Made by a program: the position numbers and the translations under genes | The notes under the pieces: model-generated | Database searches by the model: none | Seen by the model: the letters and a program-made list of their open reading frames with translations, nothing else | Told to the model about the DNA's origin: nothing | DNA from: an uncultured Chromatiales bacterium | Lineage (GTDB): Bacteria > Pseudomonadota > Gammaproteobacteria > Thiohalospirales > Thiohalospiraceae | Reading direction: 5' to 3' | Assembly: GCA_964557025.1 (NCBI GenBank) | Contig: CAZKYF010000028.1 | Location: forward strand, 2,555-66,554 | Length of the DNA stretch: 64,000 nt | In this document: piece by piece, positions 1-11,846 of the stretch | Position numbering within the stretch: position 1 is the stretch's first letter | How the letters are laid out: the number at the start of each line of letters is the position of its first letter

Positions 1-595
1 ATTCGCCGTTCTCCAGTGCCAGATAAGCACGTTGGCGAATCAACCGGCGATTGATTTTTCCGGCTTTCCGACCGGCGTCGAATACAGGATCACAACTATC
101 GGGACGCGGCTTGCCAGAAAGCCATAGCTCCTCGATGTCCTCGAGGGCTTTGTTTCGTTGGCCGGTCTTCAGCAATGCCGTGCGATAGTGGCATTGCAGG
201 GGGATGTCTTTCGTGGGTAGATAGTGGGAGATGTATGCTTTCCATCGTCCTTCCTTCGCCAGCTGCTTCAATAAGGCGGTGCGCAGCATGGGAGCGAGGG
301 GGGTGTTACCGTAGTTGTAGAAAAACAGAGTAAACTCGTCGTTCCGGGCAGTGGCCAAGCGTTGCCGGAGATCCTTGTAGAGGAGGTACGGGTAAAGCGG
401 GTAGTCACGGAGCTCCGGCAGCAAAGCGTTGTACTGGGAGTACTGTTTTTTTTGCAGCGCCTGCTCGGCCTGCAGGAACAGCGATCGCTGCTGTTGTCTC
501 ACATCCTCCGGGGCCATTGCCGCTGCCGCCAGAGACAGAGCGATTCCGGTTATTGCGGCTATTGTCCTGACCCACAGGCGATTGTTGAGTTTCAC
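1..595 (-). CDS. slt: soluble lytic murein transglycosylase (Slt70-like), N-terminal part; 3' end lies beyond the window edge
   Basis: Not in the supplied ORF track: GTG start at 595 and the ORF runs off the left edge. My minus-strand translation is VKLNNRLWVRTIAAITGIALSLAAAAMAPEDVRQQQRSLFLQAEQALQKKQYSQYNALLPELRDYPLYPYLLYKDLRQRL... This is a signal peptide plus the YPLYPYL-containing superhelical N-domain typical of Slt70. The catalytic domain would lie outside the window. Confidence 0.7.
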   Translation of the reverse strand, partial: MKLNNRLWVRTIAAITGIALSLAAAAMAPEDVRQQQRSLFLQAEQALQKKQYSQYNALLPELRDYPLYPYLLYKDLRQRLATARNDEFTLFFYNYGNTPLAPMLRTALLKQLAKEGRWKAYISHYLPTKDIPLQCHYRTALLKTGQRNKALEDIEELWLSGKPRPDSCDPVFDAGRKAGKINRRLIRQRAYLALENGE

Positions 596-734
596 CTTCT
601 GACCCCCCTTGCTCCCTCAATGGCTTATCGGCCTGAAACCGGATTGGTTTAATGTGCTCCAGCTACGGTGAAAATTCGTTCTATCAGTATATGATAGTAG
701 AAAATCTGCAACACGAAGAACCGCTGGACGAATC

Positions 735-3700
735 TTGAACGACAAAACCCAAATCAGCTCTCTCGAGGCCTTGTTGTCCCATTGCATGGTGTCGGATGGG
801 ATCGCTGCCTCTCGTAAACTCCAGGGTCTGAAAAGGGCGGGATCGCGGGAAGGGCATCCAGCCTGGAAGCGTCTAGCCGAGGAATTGGAGCGGTCCCGTG
901 AACGGGCCCGCCGCCGCGCGGCGGCCCGGCCAAGGCCGGAGTTCGCCGGAGAGCTGCCCGTGGTGGCGCACCGGGATGCCATTGAAAAGGCCATCGCGAC
1001 GCATCAAGTGGTGGTGATTGCCGGTGAGACCGGGTCCGGCAAGACTACTCAGCTTCCCAAGATCTGCTTGGACATGGGGCGAGGGGTGCGGGGCGTGATC
1101 GGCCATACCCAGCCCCGGCGTATCGCCGCCCGCAGTGTGGCGACCCGTATCGCCGAGGAGCTGGGGAGTGAGCTGGGCAGGGAGGTGGGGTACAAGGTGC
1201 GGTTTCGGGATCGCACCCACCCGGACAGCTACATCAAGCTGATGACCGACGGCATCCTCCTGGCGGAGATCCAGGGCGATCGTCTTCTTGCCCAGTACGA
1301 TACCTTGATTATCGACGAGGCTCACGAGCGCAGCCTGAACATCGATTTCCTGCTCGGTTATCTCAAACAGCTGTTGCCGCGCCGCCCCGATCTGAAGCTG
1401 ATCATCACGTCGGCTACCATCGATACCGAGCGTTTCTCCCGACATTTCGACGATGCACCCGTCATCGAGGTCTCCGGGCGCAGCTGGCCGGTGGAGATCC
1501 GTTATCGGCCCCTGGAAGGGGAAGATGAGGACATGCAGGACAGAGACATGCAGCAGGCCGTTCTGGATGCGGTGGACGAGCTCGCTGCGCTGGGGGAGGG
1601 GGACATCCTGGTCTTTCTGCCGGGGGAGCGGGAGATTCGAGAGGTTGCCGAGGCCCTGCGCAAGCACCACCCCCCGCACACCGAGATTCTGCCGCTGTAT
1701 GCACGGCTCTCCTCCGCCGAGCAGAATCGGGTGTTCGCCCCCCATCGCGGTCGTCGCATCGTACTGGCCACCAACGTGGCGGAGACATCCCTCACGGTGC
1801 CCGGAATCCGTTATGTGGTGGACACCGGGCTGGCACGGATCAGCCGCTACAGTGTTCGCAGCAAGGTACAACGCCTGCCGGTGGAGAAGATCTCCCAGGC
1901 CAGTGCGAATCAGCGCAGCGGCCGGTGCGGGCGGGTGGCGGCCGGTGTGGCCATCCGTCTCTACAGCGAAACCGATTTTCTCGGTCGGCCGGAATTCACC
2001 GATCCAGAGATTCGGCGTACCCATCTGGCCTCGGTGATCCTGCAGATGGCGCAGCTGAAACTGGGCCCCGTCGAGCGGTTTCCCTTCGTGGATCCGCCGG
2101 ATTCGCGCCAGGTCAACGATGGTTACCGGCTGCTGCAGGAGCTGGGGGCGATGGATGATGCACGGCGTATCACCCCCCTCGGCAGACGACTCGCTCGGTT
2201 GCCTTTGGATCCGCGCATCGGGCGGATGCTCCTCGAGGCGGAGCGCCACGGCGCGCTGCGGGAGGTGTTGATCGTCGCTGCCGCACTGAGTATCCAGGAT
2301 CCGCGGGAGCGTCCGCTGGAATCGCAGCAGCAGGCCGATGAGGCTCACCGACGGTTTCACCACGAAGCGTCCGATTTTCTCTCCCTGCTCAACCTGTGGG
2401 AGGCCTACGAGAGCCAGCGCCGACACCTTTCCCACAACAAGCTGCGCCGCTGGTGTAAAGCGAACTTTCTCTCTTTCGTGCGCATGCGGGAGTGGCAGGA
2501 GATCCTGGGGCAGCTACGCGGCCTGGTGGGGGAAATGGGCTTGCGGGTCAACCGGCAACCGGCCGGGTATGACGCCATCCACCGCTCCCTGCTAGCGGGT
2601 CTGTTGGGAAACATCGCCACCAAGATCGACGACACCACCTATCAGGGTGCGCGCAATATCCGGCTCGCCATCTTTCCCGGCTCCGGATTGTTCAAGAAGC
2701 GCCCCAAATGGATCATGGCGGCTCAACTGGTGGAGACCTCCCGCCTCTACGCCCACCTGGTGGCACACATCGATCCGGCGTGGGTGGAGCCGCTGGCGGG
2801 CACGAGGCTGAAACGCAGCTATTCCGAACCCCATTGGGAAAAGCGACCGGCCCAGGTCGCCGCCTGGGAACGGGTCACCCTCTACGGACTGACCATCGTG
2901 CCCCGGCGCCGCGTCAACTACGGGCCGATCGACCCCGAGGTGGCACGGGAGATCTTCATCCGTGAGGCGCTGGTGGCTGGGGAGTACCGCACTCGGGCCC
3001 CCTTTTTCCGGCACAACAGAGCCTTGCTGGAGGAGATTCGGGAGCTGGAGCACAAATCGCGTCGCCATGACGTATTGGTGGACGACGAGACCCTGTACGC
3101 CTTCTACGACCAGCGGATCCCCTTCGGCATCTATTCCGGACCCCGTTTCGAGCGTTGGCGCAAACAGGCAGAGCGGGAGGACCCCAAGTTGCTTTTCCTC
3201 ACCCGGGAATATCTCATGCAACATGGGGCCACTCAGGTGAACGAGGCGCGTTTCCCGGATCATCTTTCGGTGAACGGTGTCCCCCTGTCTCTCCGTTATC
3301 GTTTCGAACCCGGTCATCCGGCGGATGGCGTCACGCTCGAGGTGCCGGTGGAACTGCTCAATCAGCTCGAACCGGCCCGCTTCGAATGGCTGGTTCCGGG
3401 GCTGCTGGAGGAGAAGATCACCGCCCTGCTGCGTGGGCTGCCCAAGACAGAGAGAAAGAACTTCGTCCCGGTACCGGACTATGCCAGGGCCTGTATGGAG
3501 GCACTGGTACCAGGGGACGGTTCATTGCTGGACGCCCTTTCGGCTCACCTCCGCCGAATCAGCGGTGTCGAGGTGACGCCGGCGCTCTGGAAGGCGGTGG
3601 AGCTTCCGCCTCATCTCGCCATGAATTTCCGTGTGGTGGACGATGAGGGGACGATTCTGGGCGAGGGGCGCGATCTGGCGGCGCTGCAGAGTACGCTGGC

Positions 3701-4604
3701 CGGGCGGGCCAAGGCCGGGTTCGCAGCTCGTTCCCGTCTGCCACTGGAGCGGGAAGGGATCACCCGCTGGGATTTCGGTGAATTACCGGCAACGGTAACC
3801 TTCGACCGGGGTGGACTCACCCTGAAAGGGTATCCCGCGTTGGTGGACGCTGGCGCCTCGGTGGCGATCCGCGTATTCGACACGCCGCAGGCGGCCCGGG
3901 AGGCGATGGAAGGCGGGCTCTGCCGCCTATTTCAGCTTGCCCTGGCAGACAAAATGCGCTATTTGCGCCGCAACCTGCCGTTCGATCAATCCACCCGCCT
4001 CCGGCATGCCGCTTTGGGAAGGGGAGAGACCCTGGAGGATGAGCTCCTCGGTGCCGTCACCCGGCAGGTGTTTCTCGCCGAGGGGACGGACATCCGGGAC
4101 GCGGACACCTTCCAGCGACACCTTTCCCAGGCGCGGGACCGGTTGCTGGCATGTGCCAACGAAACCTGCGCTGTGGTGACCGAAATACTGGCGCTCCATC
4201 AACGGCTGCGCAAACGGCTCGAGGGGAGCCTCTCCCCGGCCTGGATTCACTCCGTCGGTGACATGCGCGATCAGCTCTCGCGGCTCGTTCATCCCGGATT
4301 CATCCGGGAGACTCCGTGGTGCTGGATGCAACAGATCCCCCGCTATTTGAAGGCGCTGGAGCTGCGGCTGGAGAAGCTGCAAGGGGGCGTGGAGAGGGAC
4401 CTGGCCAACCTGCGGCAGTTCCGACCGCTCTGGGAGCGTTATCTGCAATGGGCGGAAGCAGCAGGGGAGGAGCCCTGCCACGATGAACGATGGGTGGAGT
4501 ACCGCTGGCTGCTGGAGGAGCTTCGGGTTTCCCTGTTTGCCCAACAGCTCGGGACCCGGCGGCCGGTGTCGGTCAAACGGTTGTCCCGCTATTTCGACGG
4601 ATGA
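735..4604 (+). CDS. hrpA: ATP-dependent RNA helicase HrpA (DEAH-box)
   Basis: 1289-aa ORF with GETGSGKTTQLPK (Walker A), IIDEAHERS (DEAH), TSATID, LATNVAETSLT and QRSGRCGR, plus a long C-terminal extension typical of HrpA. The start at 735 is TTG and the first ATG is 786, so the exact start is uncertain. Confidence 0.95.
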   Translation: MNDKTQISSLEALLSHCMVSDGIAASRKLQGLKRAGSREGHPAWKRLAEELERSRERARRRAAARPRPEFAGELPVVAHRDAIEKAIATHQVVVIAGETGSGKTTQLPKICLDMGRGVRGVIGHTQPRRIAARSVATRIAEELGSELGREVGYKVRFRDRTHPDSYIKLMTDGILLAEIQGDRLLAQYDTLIIDEAHERSLNIDFLLGYLKQLLPRRPDLKLIITSATIDTERFSRHFDDAPVIEVSGRSWPVEIRYRPLEGEDEDMQDRDMQQAVLDAVDELAALGEGDILVFLPGEREIREVAEALRKHHPPHTEILPLYARLSSAEQNRVFAPHRGRRIVLATNVAETSLTVPGIRYVVDTGLARISRYSVRSKVQRLPVEKISQASANQRSGRCGRVAAGVAIRLYSETDFLGRPEFTDPEIRRTHLASVILQMAQLKLGPVERFPFVDPPDSRQVNDGYRLLQELGAMDDARRITPLGRRLARLPLDPRIGRMLLEAERHGALREVLIVAAALSIQDPRERPLESQQQADEAHRRFHHEASDFLSLLNLWEAYESQRRHLSHNKLRRWCKANFLSFVRMREWQEILGQLRGLVGEMGLRVNRQPAGYDAIHRSLLAGLLGNIATKIDDTTYQGARNIRLAIFPGSGLFKKRPKWIMAAQLVETSRLYAHLVAHIDPAWVEPLAGTRLKRSYSEPHWEKRPAQVAAWERVTLYGLTIVPRRRVNYGPIDPEVAREIFIREALVAGEYRTRAPFFRHNRALLEEIRELEHKSRRHDVLVDDETLYAFYDQRIPFGIYSGPRFERWRKQAEREDPKLLFLTREYLMQHGATQVNEARFPDHLSVNGVPLSLRYRFEPGHPADGVTLEVPVELLNQLEPARFEWLVPGLLEEKITALLRGLPKTERKNFVPVPDYARACMEALVPGDGSLLDALSAHLRRISGVEVTPALWKAVELPPHLAMNFRVVDDEGTILGEGRDLAALQSTLAGRAKAGFAARSRLPLEREGITRWDFGELPATVTFDRGGLTLKGYPALVDAGASVAIRVFDTPQAAREAMEGGLCRLFQLALADKMRYLRRNLPFDQSTRLRHAALGRGETLEDELLGAVTRQVFLAEGTDIRDADTFQRHLSQARDRLLACANETCAVVTEILALHQRLRKRLEGSLSPAWIHSVGDMRDQLSRLVHPGFIRETPWCWMQQIPRYLKALELRLEKLQGGVERDLANLRQFRPLWERYLQWAEAAGEEPCHDERWVEYRWLLEELRVSLFAQQLGTRRPVSVKRLSRYFDG

Positions 4605-4690
4605 TTCCGGATTCCTCTCAAGTTTGTCCCGCCTGCTGTCGATAGGATCATCGTACGTTGTTGAAACGAGTGAATCGAGGCGGGAAAGTG

Positions 4691-5527
4691 ATGTTTAGTT
4701 ACGATGGAATGCGCCAGCACGTTCTGGCGGACGATGAATTCGAGGTACTTCAGCAGCTGGTGTTGGAGAGTTCCGGGATTGTTCTCGCCGAGTCGAGCCG
4801 TCGCTCGTTACTCGATTACATCTCGTTACGGATGTACCAGCTGCAGCTTGGCTGTTTCCAGGCTTACGTGGAGCGGTTGCAGCAGGATACCACCGAGCTG
4901 CTGCGGCTGATCAATTCGGCCACGCAAAGCTACACCACCTTTTGTCACGACAAGCACCACTTCCGCTTCTTCACCAATACCGTGCTGCCTCAGCTCGCCT
5001 CCAACCCGGAGCAGACACTGCGGGTCTGGTCGGTAGGCTGTTCCACCGGAGAAGAGGCCTATTCGCTGGCGATGGTGGCACAGGAGGTGCTTTCCCACGT
5101 CGATGAATGGGACATCGTGGTTACTGGTACCGACCATGATCCCGATGCCCTTTCCACCGCCATGAAAGGTATCTATCCACTTTCACAGGTTCGCCATCTG
5201 CCGGCCCGGCATCTGTTACGCTGGTTCCGTTCCCTGCGGATCGGCAATGAAGAATACGTGCAAATCTCCCCCGCATTGCAGCAGATGGTTGCCTTCAGGC
5301 GTCTCAACCTGTTGTCGGACTGGGCCATCCCGGAGCCGCAGGATGCCATTTTCTGCCGAGACACCCTGATCTATTTCGATATGCCGAAACGGGCCTATCT
5401 CATCGAACGACTGGCAGACAGTCTGACACCGGGTGGCTATCTGTTTGCAGGGGATTCGGATCGTATCGAGCGCTACAGTGACCGTTTCGAGTCCTTGGGA
5501 AACGCCATCTTCCGCCGTTGCGAGTGA
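4691..5527 (+). CDS. cheR: chemotaxis protein methyltransferase CheR (orphan, no cheB/cheA nearby)
   Basis: CheR-type SAM-binding core LRVWSVGCSTGEEAYSLAMV preceded by an all-alpha N-domain. ATG 4691 follows GAGGCGGGAAAG. The track ORF starts at an upstream alternative codon (4658). Confidence 0.85.
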   Translation: MFSYDGMRQHVLADDEFEVLQQLVLESSGIVLAESSRRSLLDYISLRMYQLQLGCFQAYVERLQQDTTELLRLINSATQSYTTFCHDKHHFRFFTNTVLPQLASNPEQTLRVWSVGCSTGEEAYSLAMVAQEVLSHVDEWDIVVTGTDHDPDALSTAMKGIYPLSQVRHLPARHLLRWFRSLRIGNEEYVQISPALQQMVAFRRLNLLSDWAIPEPQDAIFCRDTLIYFDMPKRAYLIERLADSLTPGGYLFAGDSDRIERYSDRFESLGNAIFRRCE

Positions 5528-5556
5528 TCACGCTCGAATCCTGTTTCTCCTTGTTT

Positions 5557-5590
5557 TGCGCCGTTTCTCAACGGCGCATTTTTTTATTCC
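5557..5590 (+). terminator. Rho-independent terminator downstream of cheR
   Basis: tgcgccgt-ttctca-acggcgca forms an 8-bp stem followed by tttttttatt. Confidence 0.7.
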
Positions 5591-5645
5591 CGTACCGATG
5601 CATCTGGTATGATGTGGCCCATTTCAATGACGGGGTTACCACAGA

Positions 5646-5957
5646 ATGGACGAGAAGCTCGATACCGAGGTGCTGCGTGAAAAGCTGAATCGTGAAACGG
5701 CGAAGCTGCAATGGGGTGAGCTTGAGCGCCACTTCGCCTGTGGCGCCGTCATCAAGGTAGCCACGACCCTCGATCTGGTGGATGCAGCCGTTGCCATGGC
5801 GCAGGATGACACGCAGACCGTGAAAGTGGCCATGGATGCCGGGAACATCGCCCGGGCCAGCGAAGAAGATGCCCATCGATGGGCGGAAGCGAAGCAGATA
5901 CTGTGGGCCGTGGTGGTGGCCCCCTGGGTTCTGGTGCAGGAAGTGGTGGAGCATTGA
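5646..5957 (+). CDS. small conserved protein, DUF2288-like
   Basis: 103-aa ORF with good GC3 bias. The C-terminal ILWAVVVAPWVLVQE resembles what I recall of the DUF2288 family. The family call is from memory, not a search. Confidence 0.6.
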   Translation: MDEKLDTEVLREKLNRETAKLQWGELERHFACGAVIKVATTLDLVDAAVAMAQDDTQTVKVAMDAGNIARASEEDAHRWAEAKQILWAVVVAPWVLVQEVVEH

Positions 5958-5997
5958 CGTGCCTTGGATGGTTGCCGATTTCCAAAGGAGGTGAATC

Positions 5998-6837
5998 GTG
6001 CCGGTGACGATTCTCCATGCTTCCCGGTTGCCCGATGACTCGATCGATCGAATCATCGAGGTCGTGCCGGGAGAGCTCGAGCCCCGGGATAGTCATTACC
6101 GGTTGCATCACAAGCATCCGCTGTCGGCGGAGCAACTGTATGGGTTACGGCGCCGGTTCGACTTCGATATCAACCCCATTCCTCCGGCGTTCGAGCCCTC
6201 GGACGTGCGGTTGCTGATCAGTGATATGGATTCCACGCTGATCACTATCGAATGTGTGGATGAGATTGCGGATTTTGCGGGTCTCAAGTCACAAGTGGCG
6301 GCCATTACCGAAGCGGCGATGCGCGGCGAACTCGACTTCGCCGAATCACTTCGGCGACGGGTGGCCCTGCTCGAAGGGTTGGACGAGGCCGTGCTGGAAC
6401 GGGTCTATACGGAGCGGCTCAGGCTCAGCCCGGGGGCGGAGCATCTGTTGGAGGAACTGCAGCGGCGGGGGATTTTCACGGCGCTGGTCTCCGGCGGCTT
6501 TACCTTCTTTACCGAACGACTCAAGCAGCGGCTCTCCCTTGATTTCACTCTTGCCAACAAGCTGGCTGTACGAAAGGGGACGTTGGTTGGTCAGGTGGAG
6601 GGGGAGATCGTGGGCGCCGAGGCGAAGCGGGACTTTCTGCTGGAGCGTTGCGAAGAGCTGGAAATTTCCTCGCGGCAATCCATCGCAGTGGGTGATGGCG
6701 CCAACGATCTGGCGATGATGCGTGTGGCAGGGCTGAGTGTTGCCTATCGGGCCAAGCCGAGGGTGCAGGAACGGGCCGACGTGGTATTGGATTACAGTAG
6801 TCTGGATGCCATCCTCCACCTGTTGGATCCTTCATGA
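5998..6837 (+). CDS. serB: phosphoserine phosphatase SerB (HAD superfamily)
   Basis: HAD motif I ISDMDSTLI, motif IV GDGANDLAMM, and an N-terminal ACT-like extension. GTG start sits 6 nt after AAGGAGG. Confidence 0.85.
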   Translation: MPVTILHASRLPDDSIDRIIEVVPGELEPRDSHYRLHHKHPLSAEQLYGLRRRFDFDINPIPPAFEPSDVRLLISDMDSTLITIECVDEIADFAGLKSQVAAITEAAMRGELDFAESLRRRVALLEGLDEAVLERVYTERLRLSPGAEHLLEELQRRGIFTALVSGGFTFFTERLKQRLSLDFTLANKLAVRKGTLVGQVEGEIVGAEAKRDFLLERCEELEISSRQSIAVGDGANDLAMMRVAGLSVAYRAKPRVQERADVVLDYSSLDAILHLLDPS

Positions 6838-6913
6838 GGCGGGGAGTGGAATGCTGGAGAAGTGCAATGACGAGCTGTGTCGGCGTCTTGCATTCTTTCC
6901 TCCGCCCCAGAGA

Positions 6914-8056
6914 TCACCGTTCTTGGCTTCGTTTTTCTCCCTGCTGAGTCGATTCCGCCTGTAGGTTGACCGCGACGGTTTCCAGGTGCTCCATCACTTT
7001 CAGGCTCGCCAGCTCCATTTTTTCCAGTGCCTGGATTGCTTTTTCCATGTTTCCTTTCTGATAATGGTTGATGGCTTCGATACCGCGGCTGTGAACCTCT
7101 TTGTGGGGTTGCTCCAGATCACGAAACGCTGTGAGGTGTGAACAGATCTGTTTACCCATGCCCTGGTAGTACCATTTGCCCAGACGGCATGTGGTGTGAT
7201 CGGCGAACTCCTCTGGCGTTTTGTCTGATAGCCCCATCAGGATCTGATAGATCTGGAATTTATAAAGCATGTGGTCGGTTTTGGTCAGTTCCACGAATCC
7301 TCGGATGGAGCTGACCTCCATGGTATCGCCCAGGTGTTGGGCAAGCTCAAAGGTGGTATGCATCCGTGAAGTGGTTTTTTCGCCGATCTCGCTCAGTTCT
7401 CCCACCCACTCTGCCATGCGTTGCATCTGCTGCTGAACCTGGCTGGTAGCTTGCTGAATCTTACATACCTGTTCCGCAATTTCCTTAGTGGCGTCGTTGG
7501 TGCGGTGGGAAAGATTACGAACTTCATCGGCCACGACGGCAAACCCGCGTCCAGACTCTCCGGCGCGTGCTGCTTCGATGGCTGCATTGAGAGCAAGCAG
7601 GTTGGTTTGTTCGGAGATATCGCTGATAATATTGACGATATTCCCAATGGCATCAACCCGTTCATTGAGGCTGTCCACATTTGAGGCGCCGCTGGTAGTA
7701 AGGTCCACCACCTCTCTTAAATTGTTTACCACTTTGTCACTGCCGTTCTTTGCCTCGGTAGAGGCGGCTGCGGCGTCGGATGCGGCCCGTTGTTCTGCGT
7801 TCAGGGTATTGGCCAGGGTTGCCAAGGATTGTTGCAGTGCATCGAAGCCCTGATTGAAAGACTGCATGTTTCTGAATATGCCCTTATGAAGTGTCAGCTG
7901 TTTTTCTTGGTCAGCAAGCTGTTGTTGCAGGGCCTTCTCTGTCTCCTCTGCTTGTCTCAGTCGGGATCTTAGGACCTCCAGTTCTTCCTCCAGTCGTGAA
8001 TATTTTTCACCTGACGTATCCGGTTTCTTGCCGCTAGTGCTGGCTCTCCAAAACAT
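6914..8056 (-). CDS. soluble methyl-accepting chemotaxis protein with C-terminal CZB (chemoreceptor zinc-binding) domain
   Basis: MA signalling hairpin [38 protein letters not shown]. No hydrophobic segment. The C-terminus carries the full CZB motif HMLY-x24-CRLGKW-x22-HKEVH. Confidence 0.85.
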   Translation of the reverse strand: MFWRASTSGKKPDTSGEKYSRLEEELEVLRSRLRQAEETEKALQQQLADQEKQLTLHKGIFRNMQSFNQGFDALQQSLATLANTLNAEQRAASDAAAASTEAKNGSDKVVNNLREVVDLTTSGASNVDSLNERVDAIGNIVNIISDISEQTNLLALNAAIEAARAGESGRGFAVVADEVRNLSHRTNDATKEIAEQVCKIQQATSQVQQQMQRMAEWVGELSEIGEKTTSRMHTTFELAQHLGDTMEVSSIRGFVELTKTDHMLYKFQIYQILMGLSDKTPEEFADHTTCRLGKWYYQGMGKQICSHLTAFRDLEQPHKEVHSRGIEAINHYQKGNMEKAIQALEKMELASLKVMEHLETVAVNLQAESTQQGEKRSQER

Positions 8057-8426
8057 TTCGCTTGATCTCCTGATTGGTGTTGTTCAGCAGATATCGGACC
8101 ATAAGTGATTTTTTCAACAGTCTGACAGGGGCGGGTGAAGGGTGGTCCTTTTGTCTTGTATCAGTATAGAGGTCGTTTGCAAGAACGTAACAAATGTGTG
8201 AATTTGCCCATGGCATGTGCCTGCCTGATGCCTTGCTGGCAATGTCAACTTTTTGATTCAACAGGCCTTTGGAAATCGGGATGGTTTCTGATGCTTGTTA
8301 AGCAATTATGTGCAAGGTCAAGTTGCTATTTAGAGTCGGGATAAAAGGTCGATAAAGGTTGTTGTTAAATGCCAAATGCGCAGGATACAGCTGTGGTAGC
8401 CAAGACACTTCGATGGTACGCCTTGA

Positions 8427-10055
8427 TTGGTAGGTCTTGGCAGGTCAGAACCAAAGAAGAAGGGGTTGAACGTCTTGAAGAAAAACTATCCGGTCACCGG
8501 GGTCGAGAAAAACTATCCTGATTCTACCGTCATTATTTCGGAAACCGATCTCAAGGGGCGCATTACCCACGTCAACGACGATTTCATCTCGGTCAGCGGC
8601 TTCTCCCGTGAGGAGCTCATGGGCGCAAGCCACAACATCGTTCGTCATCCCGATATGCCTCCCGCTGCCTTTGCCGATCTATGGGATACCTTGAAACAAG
8701 GTAAACCATGGATGGGGATCGTGAAAAACCGGTGCAAGAACGGCGATCACTATTGGGTTGATGCATTCGCAACCCCCATTTATGCCGATGGCCAGATCAC
8801 GGGCTATCAATCGGTCCGGGTAAAGCCGGAACGCGTGTTGGTGGAACGTGCGGAACGGCTCTATCAGACCGTCAATGCCGGTAAGCCGATTCGCTTGCAG
8901 GTTTGGTGGAAGTCGTTGTGGGGAAGAGCGTTCCTGGCATTGAACGGGATTGGCGGATCCCTGCTGATGCTCGCAGCAGTTTTTGCTGGAAATCCTTTCG
9001 TCGTGTTGGGAGTGGGCGGGCTGGTGACCCCGGTGCTGGCATTCTTTCTGGCTCGTCTCGTAGCAAAGCCCATGGAAGAGGCGATGGCGGAACTGAAAGC
9101 GGTGGTGAACAATCCGCTGATGCAATATATCTACACCGGCAGGTTAGACGAAGGGGGCCATATGTTGTTGGTGGCGCGGATACTCAAGGCCAAGTTGCGC
9201 ACTGTTGTCGGGAGGATGGACGAAGCCTCCATCGCTCTTTCCGCAGCAGCCGAACAAACCTCCTCCAATGCTTCCCAAGCCGGAGAGGGCGGTGAACAAC
9301 AGCAGGACGAGATTGCACAGGTGGTGTCGGCCATGGACGAAATGTCCGCGTCGTCGCGCAAGGTGGCGGACAATGCCCAAAAGGCGGCCATGTCGGCCAA
9401 GCAGGCTGACAGGGTGGCGCAATCGGGGAAGGTGGTGGTTGCTGAAGCAATGGAATCCATCAATGCGCTCGTAGCCGCAGTAGAGCACGTTTCTGGTGTC
9501 ATCACGGAGCTGGAAGGGCACAGCCGAAGCATCGGTTCAGTGGTGGAAGTCATCCGTGAGATTGCTGAACAGACCAATCTGTTGGCTCTCAATGCAGCCA
9601 TCGAAGCGGCACGGGCCGGGGAACAGGGAAGGGGATTCGCCGTCGTAGCCGATGAGGTTCGAAGCCTCGCAAACCGGACACAAGTCGCCACAGGAGAGAT
9701 TCGAGGGACGATTGAACAAATCCAGCAGGCCACACAGCGGGCTGTGCAAGTCATGGAGCAGAGCAGGAACGAGGCGGACGCCAGTGTGAAAGAGGCAGGT
9801 CGTGTGAGCCATGCACTGAATGAGATAGCCGATGCCATCGCCGATATAAACGACACCAATGGAGAAATCGCATTGGCGGTCGAAGATCAAAGTCGGGTTG
9901 CCGATGCCATTCATGGAAATCTGTTGAATATCAATGAAGTGGTGGGAAGGACGGCTCAGGGAGCGACGGAGGCGGCGGAAGCAGGTCGCTCGCTGGCCCG
10001 GCTGGCTGGAGAAATGCAAGGGATGGTGGAGCAATTCGGAGAGCGGCGTGCCTGA
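8427..10055 (+). CDS. Aer-like PAS-domain methyl-accepting chemotaxis protein (aerotaxis/energy taxis type)
   Basis: N-terminal [76 protein letters not shown] closely parallels E. coli Aer. It is followed by a membrane hairpin, a HAMP-like linker and the MA domain [38 protein letters not shown]. The real start is probably one of the TTG codons at 8466/8475. Confidence 0.85.
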   Translation: MVGLGRSEPKKKGLNVLKKNYPVTGVEKNYPDSTVIISETDLKGRITHVNDDFISVSGFSREELMGASHNIVRHPDMPPAAFADLWDTLKQGKPWMGIVKNRCKNGDHYWVDAFATPIYADGQITGYQSVRVKPERVLVERAERLYQTVNAGKPIRLQVWWKSLWGRAFLALNGIGGSLLMLAAVFAGNPFVVLGVGGLVTPVLAFFLARLVAKPMEEAMAELKAVVNNPLMQYIYTGRLDEGGHMLLVARILKAKLRTVVGRMDEASIALSAAAEQTSSNASQAGEGGEQQQDEIAQVVSAMDEMSASSRKVADNAQKAAMSAKQADRVAQSGKVVVAEAMESINALVAAVEHVSGVITELEGHSRSIGSVVEVIREIAEQTNLLALNAAIEAARAGEQGRGFAVVADEVRSLANRTQVATGEIRGTIEQIQQATQRAVQVMEQSRNEADASVKEAGRVSHALNEIADAIADINDTNGEIALAVEDQSRVADAIHGNLLNINEVVGRTAQGATEAAEAGRSLARLAGEMQGMVEQFGERRA

Positions 10056-10057
10056 GG

Positions 10058-11743
<1,686 letters not shown>

Positions 11744-11766
11744 TTACGGGTCAAGCGGAATTTAGC

Positions 11767-11795
11767 CTTGAAGTTCCAGAATGTTATCCTTATAT
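11767..11795 (+). promoter_or_regulatory. candidate sigma32 heat-shock promoter of htpG
   Basis: CTTGAAg (11767-11773), a 14-nt gap, then CCTTATAT (11788-11795), compared with the consensus CTTGAAA-N13-15-CCCCATnT. It lies about 50 nt upstream of the htpG ATG. Confidence 0.45.
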
Positions 11796-11846
11796 GTCAG
11801 CTCATCCATTTTCAAATCGGAGTTTGTTTGAGGAGCCGGACAAAAC

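Noticed and set aside
873-2435. 520-aa minus-strand ORF inside hrpA
   Set aside because: It is antisense to unmistakable DEAH helicase motifs and has low-complexity, Arg/Gly/Pro/Leu-rich (shadow-ORF) composition.
8210-8223. Sigma54-like TGGCAT-N5-TGC element in the MCP intergenic region
   Set aside because: The GG-to-GC spacing is one nucleotide short of the consensus, and no enhancer-binding protein gene is nearby.
8318-8355. Sigma28 (FliA)-type promoter upstream of the Aer-like receptor: TCAAGTTG ... GTCGATAA
   Set aside because: The -10-like GTCGATAA is good, but the only -35-like box is 22 nt away instead of about 11 nt.
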